A stretch of DNA of 64,000 bases from the human T2T-CHM13v2.0 reference genome, Homo sapiens: assembly GCF_009914755.1 (NCBI RefSeq), contig NC_060926.1; one strand, written 5' to 3'. The notes under the pieces are model-generated. The model made no database searches, was not told the origin of the DNA, and saw nothing but the letters and a program-made list of their open reading frames with translations. Below, one piece after another: positions 1 to 14,520 of the stretch (within the stretch, counting starts at the first letter, position 1; each line of letters starts with the position of its first letter). The translations under genes and the position numbers were made by a program.

Positions 1-668
1 ATGAGTGTTTAGTATATGTGAATTTTCTCCTCCACGTTCCTCTACCTGTCTGTAGAAGAGAGGGTTATTGGAGACTCCGTAGGATCTTTTAAAAATTATT
101 CCATAGATGCAGTCACCCTAATCTCCCAATTTTATATCTCATCCTTTTACTCCTCTCCAAATTCTACACACTATACTCATAGCCTATATGATGTTCTAAA
201 AATGAATATCTGATCAAGTGTTTTTATATTGACATATAAGTCATTCATCTATTTTTTAATCCATAAACAAATACATACATGTCAGTTATAGTCTTATGTA
301 CTTAGAATTCAGCACTGGGGGAAAAAAGGCAATTTCCCTATTTTTATGGAGCTTAAAATCTAGTTTAGGGACAACAGAGAGTAAACTAACAAGTAATAAT
401 GCCCATTGATGAATCCACAAAAGACATACAAATGAGAGGTGTTATTTGCGTCAGTGATGTCTTTCATTGAAACAGTTGGTTGCGCCTCTGTCCAGAAAAG
501 ACCCACTCTGGATATCCCACTGCCATAAGCACTACAGTGTTGTCCTCAAGGGCCACTGCTGGGATGTTTGTTTCTCTCAGTAATAAAGGAGAGCGTGGAA
601 AAGGCAAGAAAGAATAAAGTCCTGTATTGTGAACATGGCCCACAGGAATCTTCAGGATCTCACCTGTG

Positions 669-728
669 CTGCCCCACTGTCTCCATCACCTTGTACTGCC
701 CCACTGTCTCCATCACCTTGTACTGCCC
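669..728. repeat. 27-bp perfect tandem duplication (CTGCCCCACTGTCTCCATCACCTTGTA x2.2)
   Basis: Read directly from the sequence. Confidence 0.9.
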
Positions 729-1792
729 TGCCAGCTCTGTCAGTTCCAACATACTACATTTCAATCACACCCTTGATCAAATTATGCTGCTTCTCACCTT
801 GGCACTTTTCCTTACATGGAACCTCTCACCATCATCCCCATGACTGCCTCCTACGATTTTTATCATGCATGAATTGAATCCATTTTCATGTCTGTCTTTC
901 TAAGGGGCCAATGACCCTGTTTGTATTCTTTGTGGGTGAATCTTCACAGTTGAAACACAGTTCTTGGCACACTGAAAGAATTTTATTATTGTCATTGCCT
1001 AGATGGTTCTGGACCATAAAAAGAAAGTTGAAAGGGGAAGAGCTTGCATGCTAGATTGCAAGCCCAAAGGCAGCCAATCCCAAGAAACAGTGGCTGTTTC
1101 TTCTCCTTTGCCTGAATACCTACATTCTTAGGTCTCATTATCCAAGATTGTGTTCAATGCAAGGAGACAAGAAATCTGTTTATTATTATTTTTGTCTGAA
1201 AGTCCTAATTCTGCCACTGTACCAAGTCACTGAAACATGACAGATCTCCGTGTTATTCCAACATACCACCTTTATGAATAAGACCCCAAATCATAAGTTT
1301 AGTATTAAAAGATCACTTAAAAATTGTAAGCAGTTCTGTTAGTGCTGTGGACTCATCAGACCCTGTTGTCTACTAGACCCTGTTTGTCTAAAAACAACAA
1401 AAACCCATGCAAATTTCAATCCTACTATTCAGGAGTTCTAGGCAACTATAGTCTGAGCTAAAATTCACCTTTCTCCAATCCTTAGAATAATAAACAAAGA
1501 CAAAAACAAAACACAGATTTCACAAGAAAAGTCCTTGTGTGAACCAAGGCACAGAAGGACTAGGGAAGGAATGTTAACTACTTGGAGAAATGAAGTTGCA
1601 TAAAGTACTTGGAAATCATCTAGATAGTGTCTATTGGCATATAAGTATGGCATCAGTTACACATCACTTCTGGCTAGTTTCTAAGGGTCTAGTAGGATAA
1701 TATTTGGGGCAGGATGGTGCCATAGCTCTTGTGACTAATGTTTTCTTTACTAGGCTGCTCAGTGTTCAATCTCACAAGCATTTTTTGACTAA

Positions 1793-2179
<387 letters not shown>

Positions 2180-4554
2180 CAATCTCAAACTTTAAAAACA
2201 GAATTGAGTGGTACAAAGAGGAATAGGATACATGGCCCTTGAATTTTTAAGCACCTACCCTCAAGACTGTGCCAAGGCAGCCTCTGTGGGTGTATCATGT
2301 TATTCCCCACCATCCCCAAACTTCTTCCCCATTCTAGCCTTCCTGCTCCAGTCTGTTGGCACCACACTTCCCTAACCATCACACCTGTGGTAGATAGTAA
2401 TATTATTAAAATAAGATAATTCTGTATTTAAATCATGCTTGAATCCTCATACAGCACAACCTGAAAAACAAACAGTAAATGAATAGCAGTAATCAGAAGC
2501 AGGAATGTATGGTATAGATGAACTTGTTTCTTAAGAGACCAAATTGTGGAGCTGCAAAGGTTGGAGACTATCATTAGGAAACATCAGCAGCTCGCCTGTT
2601 CTAAGACAAAGTGCCAGCAGCTGTCTTTTGTAGGAGCCGCTTTCTCTTTTCGAACGGGTTGTAGCAATAGGCAGAGACCACAGGAAGAGGTAGAGTTTAT
2701 TTAGTCACATTAAAGTGGGCATGCGAGTTACCTGGGAGTCAAACTTCAGCAGCTGCAGTTCTCAGCTGATGTCTTTATCAAAAACAAAAGTTCGCACAAT
2801 TATCTTTTTTTCTGCATTCGCTGAGTTATTGGGCAAAACCTGGTGTGCTAGATGTCCCTGATGCTTCCCCATGAGCCACACTTCATCATCAAACCCCCAG
2901 AACTACAACGATCTGAGGGGAAGTTTTGAAATGAGCTCTTACTTTATCTTCCAAGTGTCTGGATTGCCTCTTTAATGTACACCTGATGCTTGGCATATAC
3001 TTTCTAATTGTGTTAAAGATTTCAAGGTCAGAACAGTTTGAATCCAATTTATTTCAATTTAGAGAGAGACCGATTCTAAGCTTCCACTAAGGGATCTTTT
3101 TAGATAGATTTCAAAGATCAAAGCTTGTAATAGAAGAGCTTAATATTTGGATTAGTCATGTTTTTTGTCTCTTGAATTTTCATCAGTTTAGTGGGATGTA
3201 GAACTCCCTAAATTTAGCATATCATGAATTATTCATAATTATTTAACTGATAACACTCTAAGAATGTTATTAAATCCAGACTATGATTTATTTGTATTTT
3301 ATATTTTTAAATTTAATGCATATGAGTTTATAATATTTTTATATCATATGACCCAGCCTACTTCTTGTGTTTCCCAGATGGCATATAATTTTCTGTCAAC
3401 TCTAGCCCATAATGAGAAAATAATTTTGTATTAACTCCAAAACACAACAACAACTTTGTGACTTCCAGCTGTTTTTTCTAGGTTTCAAGGGCAAGCCAAT
3501 AACTTTAATTTTTGATATCTGCATCCAATTTGATCAATGCATGGTATTCTTGATTGGGCACAGTCTGTCACAATAATTCAGACTTATTTACTGTATCAAG
3601 TAATTCGTTCTTATGGCAAAAGAACAAGAAGCTAGGTAGTGGAATGGAAGAAAAAGAATAGACAAGAAACTCGACGATCTGTGTTTTAGAGTCAGCTTTT
3701 CCATGGCAAGCTGTAGGATGTCGGACTGCTCACTCATCCTGTGCAGAACTCTCTTGCACTGTTTTTATCTATAAAATGATGAAATGTTAGAGGGATTACT
3801 TTTTAATACCTGTTGGTCAAGGGTATAATTACTGATGCTAGGAGTATGTTAGTAATTATTCTCAACAGTACTATGAAGAATAGACCTAATTTTACCGATG
3901 TAATGATAGGCACTGAAGTAATCTGCCCAAGGTTACATAGTTTGTCAGTTGTGGAGGATGGATTTGAACCCAAGTTCAGGTATCTCCAAAGCCCCCATTT
4001 GTTCCACTATGATCGTGTACATCTGACACTCTGTATCACCTATTGTGTACATGGCCCTGGGTTGCATGCTATATCACTATAAAAATTATTATAATTTATA
4101 GATATATTTGAGAATAAGCAGAGAAAATGGGTCACAGGTTGGAACACAAAAGGCAGTGAAATATATTAATGCTTTAAGAAGCCCCTCTGAATTTTAAACC
4201 TTCTAAATATGTTCTTGCCTCGCAACTAATAATGTTGCATGTTATGTAGTTTATCTAATAGGGATATAGCTGCCAATCTTACAGAGAGGTAATGTGTGAC
4301 TCTGATGGTTTTCTCTAAAAAGGGTGTGAAGATTAGCTCCAAGATTTGCAAATTCACTCTCTCTCACCTTCTTGCATCCCATGGAAATTGCTCATTGTGG
4401 GTATTGCTGCTGTTTATAGGTATTACAGTGGTCCCTCAAGTTGTGTTAGTTTTTAATGGAATTGAAATGTGATTGTTGAAAATAGAACTGGAGGTAAGCG
4501 GTCAGAATGCATATACATACTCTACCATTGAAAAATCTGGAGTTATTTATATCC

Positions 4555-4637
4555 AAGCAATGTCAAAAGTGCTTAATCTTCTGCCATAAAATGCCATAAA
4601 AGCAATGTCAAAAGTGCTTAATCTTCTGCCATAAAAT
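4555..4637. repeat. 38-bp direct duplication, period 45, with a nested short repeat
   Basis: AAGCAATGTCAAAAGTGCTTAATCTTCTGCCATAAAAT at 4555-4592 and 4600-4637. Confidence 0.9.
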
Positions 4638-7548
4638 ACCTATCTAAGCCCCTTGACATCACGGCCTTGACTTTTAAAGTGGTGGTCTTGTTACTTCCCA
4701 TGTACCTGGCAGAGATGTGATCCTGGCTTGGACTAGAGTCTGTTTTGCTCTGAAAAGCCTATAGAATGTTTATCTTGCTTAAGTTGGATCTTCTCTAGGA
4801 TAAAAGGGTATCCGGAGACCTGAAGCAACTTTCATATAAGCCAAGGAATCCCTCTATAGGGGAAGCTGAGGGACTGTATCTCTGGGTGTAGAATTACTGC
4901 TGCATCAATACCACACATGTGCTAAAGAGCTGTCTTTAGTTTGCAGATCAGGACTGTAATTTTCCTCCACTCTGCTATACTGGAAAATAGCCTTGATCCC
5001 AAATCTATATCCACCAGTAATATTTAAAATAAATTTTGCACTTAAAATAAACTTGGATAAAAATTCCTGATATTTGTTAAGAGAAGTGAGAAGTACAGCT
5101 TTAACCACTTTTTAGTAGATGTCCAGCCTAAAAAGCCACATGAAATTAACTAAGCATTTTATACACAACCTGATTTTCTACTGCTTTCAGAAATTTACTG
5201 TGATGAGTACCTGAAAACAAATAAAGAATTGTCATAGGAGAAAGGTGTTAGCACAGTCACCTTAATTCCTTTTTGCTAAAGAAAATATGGAGTGTACAAA
5301 TACATACAACAAATTTATTGCAAAAGGTAGATCTAAGTGCAATTCTCAAACTAGTTTGAGTGGCCTAATAACTAGAGCGTAGTATCTGATACCTAAGATA
5401 TGGATTAGATGAGATCTATTGGAAAGCATATGTTTTTGGAGCAAGACAAATCTTTGTTCCAAACCTTCTACCTGTATCATTTCACAAAAAATATTTAAAT
5501 TCTCTGAGCCTCAGTTTATCATATGTTAAAGGGGAATATTAATAACTATGTCCTGAACTCAGCCTGAAACCAGGGTTGATAAAGTGTTTTATGTGACTCA
5601 GAGAGTAGGGGGAGGAATTCTCAGGGGCAGGAGAGTGAAGAAAGCAGGATAAGGAAGAGAAAAAGCTAAGCAAGAACATATGATATCATTTGTATATCAA
5701 AGCACATTGTATTCCCTTAATTAATTTAGTGCCTTCCTCCATAATGAGGACTGTTTTTACAATGACAAAAGGTATCATACAATAAAATGCCTTAAACACA
5801 GAAATATATATGACTAAAATTAACTTAGATTGAACATGGCCATCTACTAATGAGGTTTTGTTAGTATTCCTTTGCTTCTTTTTCACTTATGTTGTCATCC
5901 ACTAGTATTTGCTATTGTCTAACACTAGGTCACAGGTACCAAATGCTGAAGAATAAATCCATAGGGGGAAAACCCTTGAAAGTGGAACTCTTTTATTCAT
6001 TAACCTGATTTTGGGGTTCTTATCAGGAAAGACCATCATTAACTTCAGTTAAGTGACATTGTACCCTATTCTGCATGGTGTTTTAGTTGGCCAACCCCTT
6101 CTAGATGTTGGTTTCTGGGTGATCATTTTCTGCCAATGATTGTGCATAAACTTTGGAAATTTAACTTATGTTCAAAAGAAGTGATGTCCAGGTGGAAAGC
6201 AAGCCAATAATAATGTCATTCATAGACATGCTGGAAGCTCAAAGTTACTTCATATACTACTACTATTGCTTTTATATATCTACAGTGCACTGGAGTTTAT
6301 AGGTATATTTATGTAAATTGCTCAGATATTTTATTCAATGAACTATTTGTTTCCAGTCAATAGGAACCTTCTTCGACAATCTCTCTATTATTCTTATATT
6401 TCCTTTTCCATTATCTCTTACATATATACTTTGCCTGGGCCATATCCAAATTGGCCAGAGCTACCAAAAACATAATTTCCAGTAAATTCAATGACTATGT
6501 GTCAGGGCCACAGAAGAATTGTTGTTTACAGCATGGCTTTCTAAAGGGCATGGTGGCTGGCTACTTTGATTGGAAAGTATAGTCAGAATAGGGAATTACT
6601 GCATTTGACTTTCTTTCTTTTTCTAAGTGTATACATTGACAAATGTTTACCAGTTTTGAGATTTGTTTGAATTGCTTAAAATTTCCTACATCTACTTTGT
6701 CAGTGGAGCCTCAAGAGGGAAGTTTGACTACTGCCTAGTTCAGTAGGAATATGATCTAGTCTGATATGCTTTAAACCTGTATGCAGGCACTAGGATTGTC
6801 CTCTCTGCTTCTGTTTTTGTTTTTACAACCTGTATACCACCTCACTGTCTATTATTTTTTCTAAAGATCTTGCCATTCAATCCTTTTTGTTTCATTGCTA
6901 GTGATTATTGCTCATATAATAATAAGCTCAATATCAATGTTGTTTATAATGAGGTCCCAGTATTCTCCAGGGAAAAAGAGGAAAAGGCTCAGAGAGGAGA
7001 ATTACTAGCAAATAGCAAATTTACCCTACTATGATTTCGGTCTTTTTTCCATTGGAAACATATTTTATAGGGAGTGTCTTTCTCTGTTTTGTAAGCTGAT
7101 GAGTGCACGAATAGAGAGTCAACTTCTGTTCCTTCATCTCAATGGGCATTGCTCATTCAGCATATTGTCCATATTTATGATTGAATTTAGTTCCCAATTG
7201 ATACCTATTGTCATGTCTCATGCAGTTATTGAAAAACATAAACCCAAGCAAGACAAGTCTAGAGAGTTTCCAAGGAAATTCTTCCCCTCTGACTTTGAAA
7301 GCATGAGGATATGTATGGCAGCAAGCTTCACTATTACTCTGAGAACAGAAAGAGTCCAGGATACAGTGTTAAGGGATTTGATAGGTTGGGAACTGGCTGA
7401 GTAACTATGTATTTTGTAATTTCATTCATTTAATATAATAAGCCCAGTAAAATACAGCAGACACAGGTAGCATGTTTTATGTACTCATTACAGGCATGTT
7501 TCAGGGCCAGTTCTAGGAATTGATATGAGAGTATTTGTTAAAAAATAA

Positions 7549-7887
<339 letters not shown>

Positions 7888-8648
7888 CTTGCAAGTTGCT
7901 TTTATACAGTATTTTTTATTTGTATAACCTTTGTGACACATATCCAGGCAGTCCTCATCATCTGATATTCTTCATCTGAATCTGCATTATTGTGAATTCC
8001 ATAGACAGCCAAGCCCCTCATAACATCAAAATATTCATGAACAAACATCATTTACAGAACCTTTGCCCAGTCAACAAACTTTCTCCATTAACACACATGT
8101 TCTATCATTGCAAATCAGGGGATTTGTTGGTCTATCTTTAGCTGTAAATTAAACGTGTGTCCACTACAAAGGGGATACAATATGGAGTGATCTTCACACC
8201 AAAGATTAAAGGGAGCCCTTGGAAAACTGATGATAATTGACTCAACAGCCAAAAACTTTATGTTCAAGCTGTGAAAGTCAGCTATGAAACATCAAGATCT
8301 CTTACAGCTATCATAAAATTATGTAAGAAATATCAATGACCAATTTATTATTTGTCCTAATAACAAGTGCATAATTGTAATCATAATATATATGCTAGTG
8401 GATATTAGATAAAATAAACCCACTTGCATTCTTTTAGTTTCAGAAAAAAGTCTCATTTAAATATTTTTTACTATTTATTTAAAATAATTTAATTCCCATT
8501 TAAAATAGCTTCACTTTTAAGTGGCATTTTTTTTCTAACATGAATTGTCTTCAAGTAATAAAGACTTTTTGTATTCTCAGTTTTATTTTACAGAAAATTT
8601 ATGCTCAGAAGAGTTAAAGTACTTGTATGTAGTCATATCATTTACTAG

Positions 8649-8879
<231 letters not shown>

Positions 8880-10058
8880 TAGTTTCAAATTCTCTTCCTC
8901 TCATGTTCCATACCACACCATAATTTTATCTTTAATATGGCCACATCCTCCACTGCTTTCTCTCTCCCATCAAAACTCATCATTGCCAAAACAATTCCTT
9001 CAGGCTCCTGCTGTTAGGATTTCTTGATAGAATAATTATTGCTGGGAGATAGCTGCTTGGTTGAATATTCCATCCTTTCTGAGATCTGGCATCCCAAGTA
9101 ATATTGACCACTAACCTGGGAGGTGGCAGACCTCTTTATTGATAACATCCACATTCCATGTTATTAGATTTTTTTTATTTGAGGGATACATTTTTGGTTC
9201 TTTAACTTATACAATCTAAACATCCCTGACTTAAATAGAAAAAGAAATATAGTAAAAGATAACAATTACCCAACAGAAGCATCAGGTCCAGTAATTTTCT
9301 CTTACACTTGCATGTACTTATTAGCAATAGTTTTTGTTGAAGTTTAACACGAACCAATTAAACACAAAATACATCAAAATGCAGATTTACTATATGTTCC
9401 TTGGTTTCAAAAAATATTCTTGGAAGTCATAGGCATTGTTTGGAAATCTTCTCTTTGTGTTTGGATACCAAAAGCAAGAGAAACCATATGGCTGTGCTTC
9501 CAATGAATGGTCTTGAGACTTCATTATTTTAAAAGTAATAGCATCATTTTTTTCTTTTGCATTTATTAGATTTTCTCTACCTTTATGTCCAGCAGAACAT
9601 ATCTGTCACCTTAATGGAAATAAATAAAATGGTTCTATAGTATTGGCCCTCAGCATGCCATCAATTCAAAACAAGCCTGAAGTTATTTGGTTATAATGAA
9701 ATAGAGTCTCTTTGGCCATGATAAAGGTGACACCACATTGTCATTATCCTTACAAATATGGATGGAACAGCCTGCAATTATAATGACATTAGGATAATAG
9801 GTGTTTCAGTCAAGAGAATAAACATTAAAGTTATTATAAAACTTGAAGAGTATTTAAGCAAAAATTAATGTGAAATCTTGTGCCAAATGTGTTCATCTGG
9901 CAGGGACAACATTTGATGTGAATGATATCTGACCTGTATGATTTGAGTGATGCTGGGAAGAACATCTGTCTAAACATATACACTCCATGCAAGAGCTCTG
10001 TGCCCAGGGTTGCAGAATAAGCCCTTGCCTGTATCATCACTGAAAGAAATTTTACCGC

Positions 10059-12312
10059 TGATATGGTTTGGCTGTGTCCCCAACCAAATCTCAAACTTGA
10101 ATTGTATCTCCCAGAATTCCCACGTGTTGTAGGAGGGACCCAGGGTGAGGTAACTGAATCATGGGTGCCGGTCTTTCCCGTGCTATTCTTATGATAGTGA
10201 ATAAGTCTCATGAGATATGATGGGTTTATCAGGGGTTTCCGCTTTTGCTTATTCCTCATTTTTCTCTTGTTACCTCCATGTAAGAAGTGCCTTTCACCTC
10301 CCACCATGATTCTGAGGCCTCCCCAGCCACGTGGAACTGTAAGTCCAATTAAACCTCGTTTTCTTCCCAGTCTTGGATATGTCTTTATCAGCAGTGTGAA
10401 AACAGATTAATAGAGTAAATTGATACCAGTACATTGGGGCACTGCTGAAAAGATACCTGAAAATGTGGAAGCGACTTTGGAACTAGGTAACAGGCAGAGG
10501 GCTCAGAAGAAGACAAGAAAATGTGGGGAAGTGTTGAACCTCCTAGAGATTCGTTGAATGGCTTCAACAAAAATGCTGATAGTGATATGAACAATAAAGT
10601 TCGGGCTGAGGTGGTCTCAGATGGAGATGAGGAACTTGTTGGGAACTGGAGGAAAGGTGACTCTTGTTATGTTTTAGCAAAGAGACTGGTGGCATTTTGC
10701 CCCTGCCCTAGAGATTTGTGAAACTTCGAACTTGAGAGAGATAATTTAGGGTACCTGGTGGAAGAAATTTCTAAGCAGCAAAGCATTCAAGATGTGACTT
10801 GGGTGCTGTTAAAAGCATTCCATTTTAGAAGAGAAACAGAGCATAAAAGTTCAGAAAAATTTGCAGCCTGACGATGCAGTATAAAAGAAAAAGCCATTTT
10901 TTTTTTTTTTTGAGGAGAAATTCAAGCCAGCTGCAGAAATTTGCATAAGTAGCAAGGACTCTAATGCTAATCCCCAAGACCAAGGGGAAAATGTCTCCAG
11001 GGCATGTCAGAGAACTTCACAGCAGGCCCTCCCATCACAGCCTGGAGTCCCAGCAGGAAAAGTGGTTTTGTGGGCCTCGGGACTTGGTGCCCTGTGTCCC
11101 AGCTGCTCCAGCTGTGGCTGAAAGGGGCCAACATGAAGCTCGGGCTGTGGCTTCGGAGAGTGGAAGCCCCAAGCCTTGGCAGCTTCCATGTGGTGTTGAG
11201 CCTGAGGGTGCAAAGAAGTCAAGAATTGAGGTTTGGGAACCTCTGCCTGTATTTCAGAAGATGTATGGAAACGCCTGCGTGCCCAGGCAAAAGTTTGCTG
11301 CAGGGGCAGGGCCCTCATGGAAAACCCCCTCTAGGGCAGTGCAGAAGGGAAATATGGGGTCGGAGCCCCCACACAGAGTCCCTAGTGGGGTGCTGCCTAG
11401 TGGAGCTGTGAGAAGAGGGCCATTGTTCTACATCCTCGTGAATGGTAGACCCACTGACAGCTTGCACCGTGTGCCTGGAAAACCTGCAGACACTCAACGC
11501 CAGCCCATGAAAGCAGGCAAGAGGGAGGCTGTGCCCTGCAAAGCCACAGGGATGGAGCTGCCCAAGACCATGGCAACCCACCTTTTGCGTCAGTGTGACC
11601 TGAAAGTGAGACCTGGAGTCATAGGAGATCATTTTGGAGCTTTAAAATTTGACTGCCCCACTGGATTTCGGACTTGCCTGGGCTGCATAACCCCTTTATT
11701 TTTGCCAAGTTCTCCCATTTGGAATGGCTGTATTTTTCCAATACCTGTGCCGGTATGTATTGTATCTAGGAAGTAACTAGCTTGCTTTTGATTTTACAGG
11801 CTCATAAGTAGAAGGGACTTGCCTTGTCTCAGATGAGACTTTGGACTGTGGACTTTTGGGTTAATGCTGAAATGAGTTAAGACTTTGGGGAACTGTTGGG
11901 GAGCCATTATTGGTTTTGAAATGTGAGGACATGAGATTTGGAGGGGCCAGGGGCAGAATGATATGGTTTGGCTGTGTCCCCACCCAAATCTCAACTTGAA
12001 TTGTATCTCCAGAATTCCCACCTGTTGTGGGAGGGACCCAGGGGGAGGTAACTGAATCATGGGGGCCAGTCTTTCCCGTGCTATTCTTGTGATAGTGAAT
12101 AAGTCTCATGAGATCTGATGGGTTTATCAGGGGTTTCCGCTTTTGCTTCTTCCTCATTTTTCTCTTACCACCACCATGTAAGAAGTGCCTTTCACCTCCC
12201 ATCATGGTTCTGAGGCCTCCCCAGCCATGTGGAACTGTAAGTCTAATTAAACTTCTATTTCTTCTCAGTCTTGGGTGTGTCTTTATCAGCAGCATGAAAA
12301 TGAATTAATACA
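10059..12312 (+). mobile_element. Full-length THE1A MaLR element (LTR 10059-10414, internal 10415-11958, LTR 11959-12312)
   Basis: Two ~355-bp LTRs starting TGATATGGTTTGGCTGTGTCCCC; THE1-int between them; purine tract GGAGGGGCCAGGGGCAGAA before the 3' LTR; TSD ACCGC/ACCAC; GAATTGTATC and ATCAGGGGTTTCCGC match THE1A as recalled. Confidence 0.93.
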
Positions 12313-12419
12313 ACCACCATCTAAAATTCCTTGTATATCTCCTATAAAAGACTTAAATAGGTAGCTATCTTAGCTGTCTTGCTCATGTCTACCCAGCAGC
12401 ATAATTAATGAAGCAGCTA

Positions 12420-12640
12420 CTAGAGTAAAACTGCTTTGAATCCTGTTCTGCAACCTACTTTGTTTGTTTGTTTTTTTAAACCCAAACAAGGGACTTAAAT
12501 TCTCTGAGCCTTAGTTTCGTCATCTATAATATGAGAAAACAGTAGAATTTTCCTCTTGGGTTGTTATCACTATTAAATGAATCCATGCATATGAAGTGTT
12601 GAAAATATTGCCCAACACATGGTACTAGCTCAATCAATGT
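12420..12640 (+). mobile_element. MIR SINE fragment
   Basis: CTCTGAGCCTTAGTTTCGTCATCTATAAT MIR core; boundaries approximate. Confidence 0.6.
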
Positions 12641-14374
12641 ATTGATATTATTGTATCACACATTTGCATATAACATAATATCACATCAATAATTTATGAA
12701 AATATAAATTAAACATATAGTCCACTTACTTAATGTCTGTGAAGTACCATGTTAGGCACAGAAGTATAAACCTTAAGAAATTTAGAAGCCAGTGATTAGG
12801 ACACCCTAGTTTTCTTCAAGGATACTCTCAGAGAGTTAGTTTACCACCAAATCTATGATAATATTCTGGTGGACAGTAAGAGGTCTAGTTCTTTGAAAGT
12901 GAGTCACCCTTACTTATCACTAAACTTGAAGGTATCTGTAATTGTTTCTATCCAGGGTTTTCAAGTAAATTCTATCTAGAAGCAAAGTCCTCACTAGCTT
13001 TCCATTTCTCTTAGGATATAAATGTAGAATCTTTGACATCAACTAAAAGACTCTGCTTTGAATAGCTTTAACAACATTTTCTCAAGCCCTTCTCACTAAT
13101 ACTCTCTGCTCCAGCTGCACTGGCTTCTGTCAGGTCCTCAGATATATGATCCTTTGCACCTCACCATCTCTTCACGTGCTCCCTCCTCTGTGTGGCGTAC
13201 TCTCTCTGCACATCATGTCTGACTTACATCTTTTCAGATTTCTGCTTAAAGTTCCACTGCTCATGGCAGTGATCTCTGATTCCTTCTCAGAATGGGCTGG
13301 CATTCTAATGCATGCTTCCACAGAACCCTGTTTTTCTTTTAACATTTATCACAAATACAATTACATGATTAACTTTATAACAACACTGGAAGTCCACCAT
13401 ATTCACAAATAACTAATAGTAATTAAATTATATGTGCTGAGTTCTTCATCAGAAAGAACAAGAGTAGGAAAGAGAGAGTGAGAGTGAAAGAGTACAAGAG
13501 AAAGAGAGAAGCACAAACAAATAATGTAGGTTATTCCATCACTATTCCACCTGATGAGCTGATGACCTAATGCCTAGGAGGGGGCAGAAGATGACATGGG
13601 AGCACTGCTCTTTTCTGAGCGATTTTTACTAATCAATTGTCTTTCATTGCAGAACAGGAGACTAGTATTTGAACATATGTTTTTTAAACATCTTGGTTGC
13701 TTCATACAAGCCAACAACTTTATCTTGTGCTCGGTGAAGAAAGAAATTGGTTCTAAACCTCTGAAAAAAAATTGTCTGTTTTGAATTAATTAAAAGACAC
13801 TATTGGGACCTTGGGGTAGCACCTTCCTAGGGAATTTTTTAGGATAATTTGGATGATGTGTGATTTTTACCTTACTTGCTCATGTTTATTATGCTCATGC
13901 TCATTGCCTCACAGAAGAGGCAATGCTCACTATTTTGGTTTAATATTTGTAATCCTGGCTTAAAATATGAGGTATTTGACGGTAGAGGATATATCTGGCA
14001 ATTTTACTACTGTCCATAGCACACTACAGGATGCCTTGATCATGCTAGAGCTTAATAAATAAATATTTATTAAATGAATTGACAGTCTACCAATGTTTAC
14101 AAGATCAGTCTACTTGGCAACAATAGAACGTTTGTACTTTGAAGACTAAAAGAAGTAGAAGACAGAATTTCAGATCCTTTAAGCATTGTGAAAACCTAGA
14201 TAGCCTGTGTCTCTGTGGAACTCTAAATGAAAATGACAGAAAAACTAAAAGTGAGATAGGACAGAGTTCAGTCTATTAAAATGAAGACTTACATGTATAA
14301 GGCAACATTCTGTTCTTCAGGTCCCTTTCCAAGCCAAACTAACTGAAAAGCTGACACCTCCCTTATCATTTTAG

Positions 14375-14520
14375 GTCGAATGAGCCGGACTCGATTTATC
14401 ATTATGCCAACCCAAGGAGAAGGACGGCCATGCCCCACAGAGCTTACCCAGGAGAAAACCTGCCCAGTGACCCCCTGCTACAGCTGGGTCCTTGGCAACT
14501 GGTCTGCATGTAAATTGGAG
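14375..14520 (+). CDS. THSD7B: THSD7B coding exon A (TSR): (G)RMSRTRFIIMPTQGEGRPCPTELTQEKTCPVTPCYSWVLGNWSACKLE
   Basis: Acceptor cattttAG at 14373-14374, donor GTAGGT at 14521; 146 nt, phase 1 to 0; TSR Cys/Trp pattern. Confidence 0.95.

Noticed and set aside
10964-11776. 270-aa ORF and overlapping ORFs
   Set aside because: They lie wholly within THE1-int, the degenerate MaLR internal frame; no evidence of a host gene.
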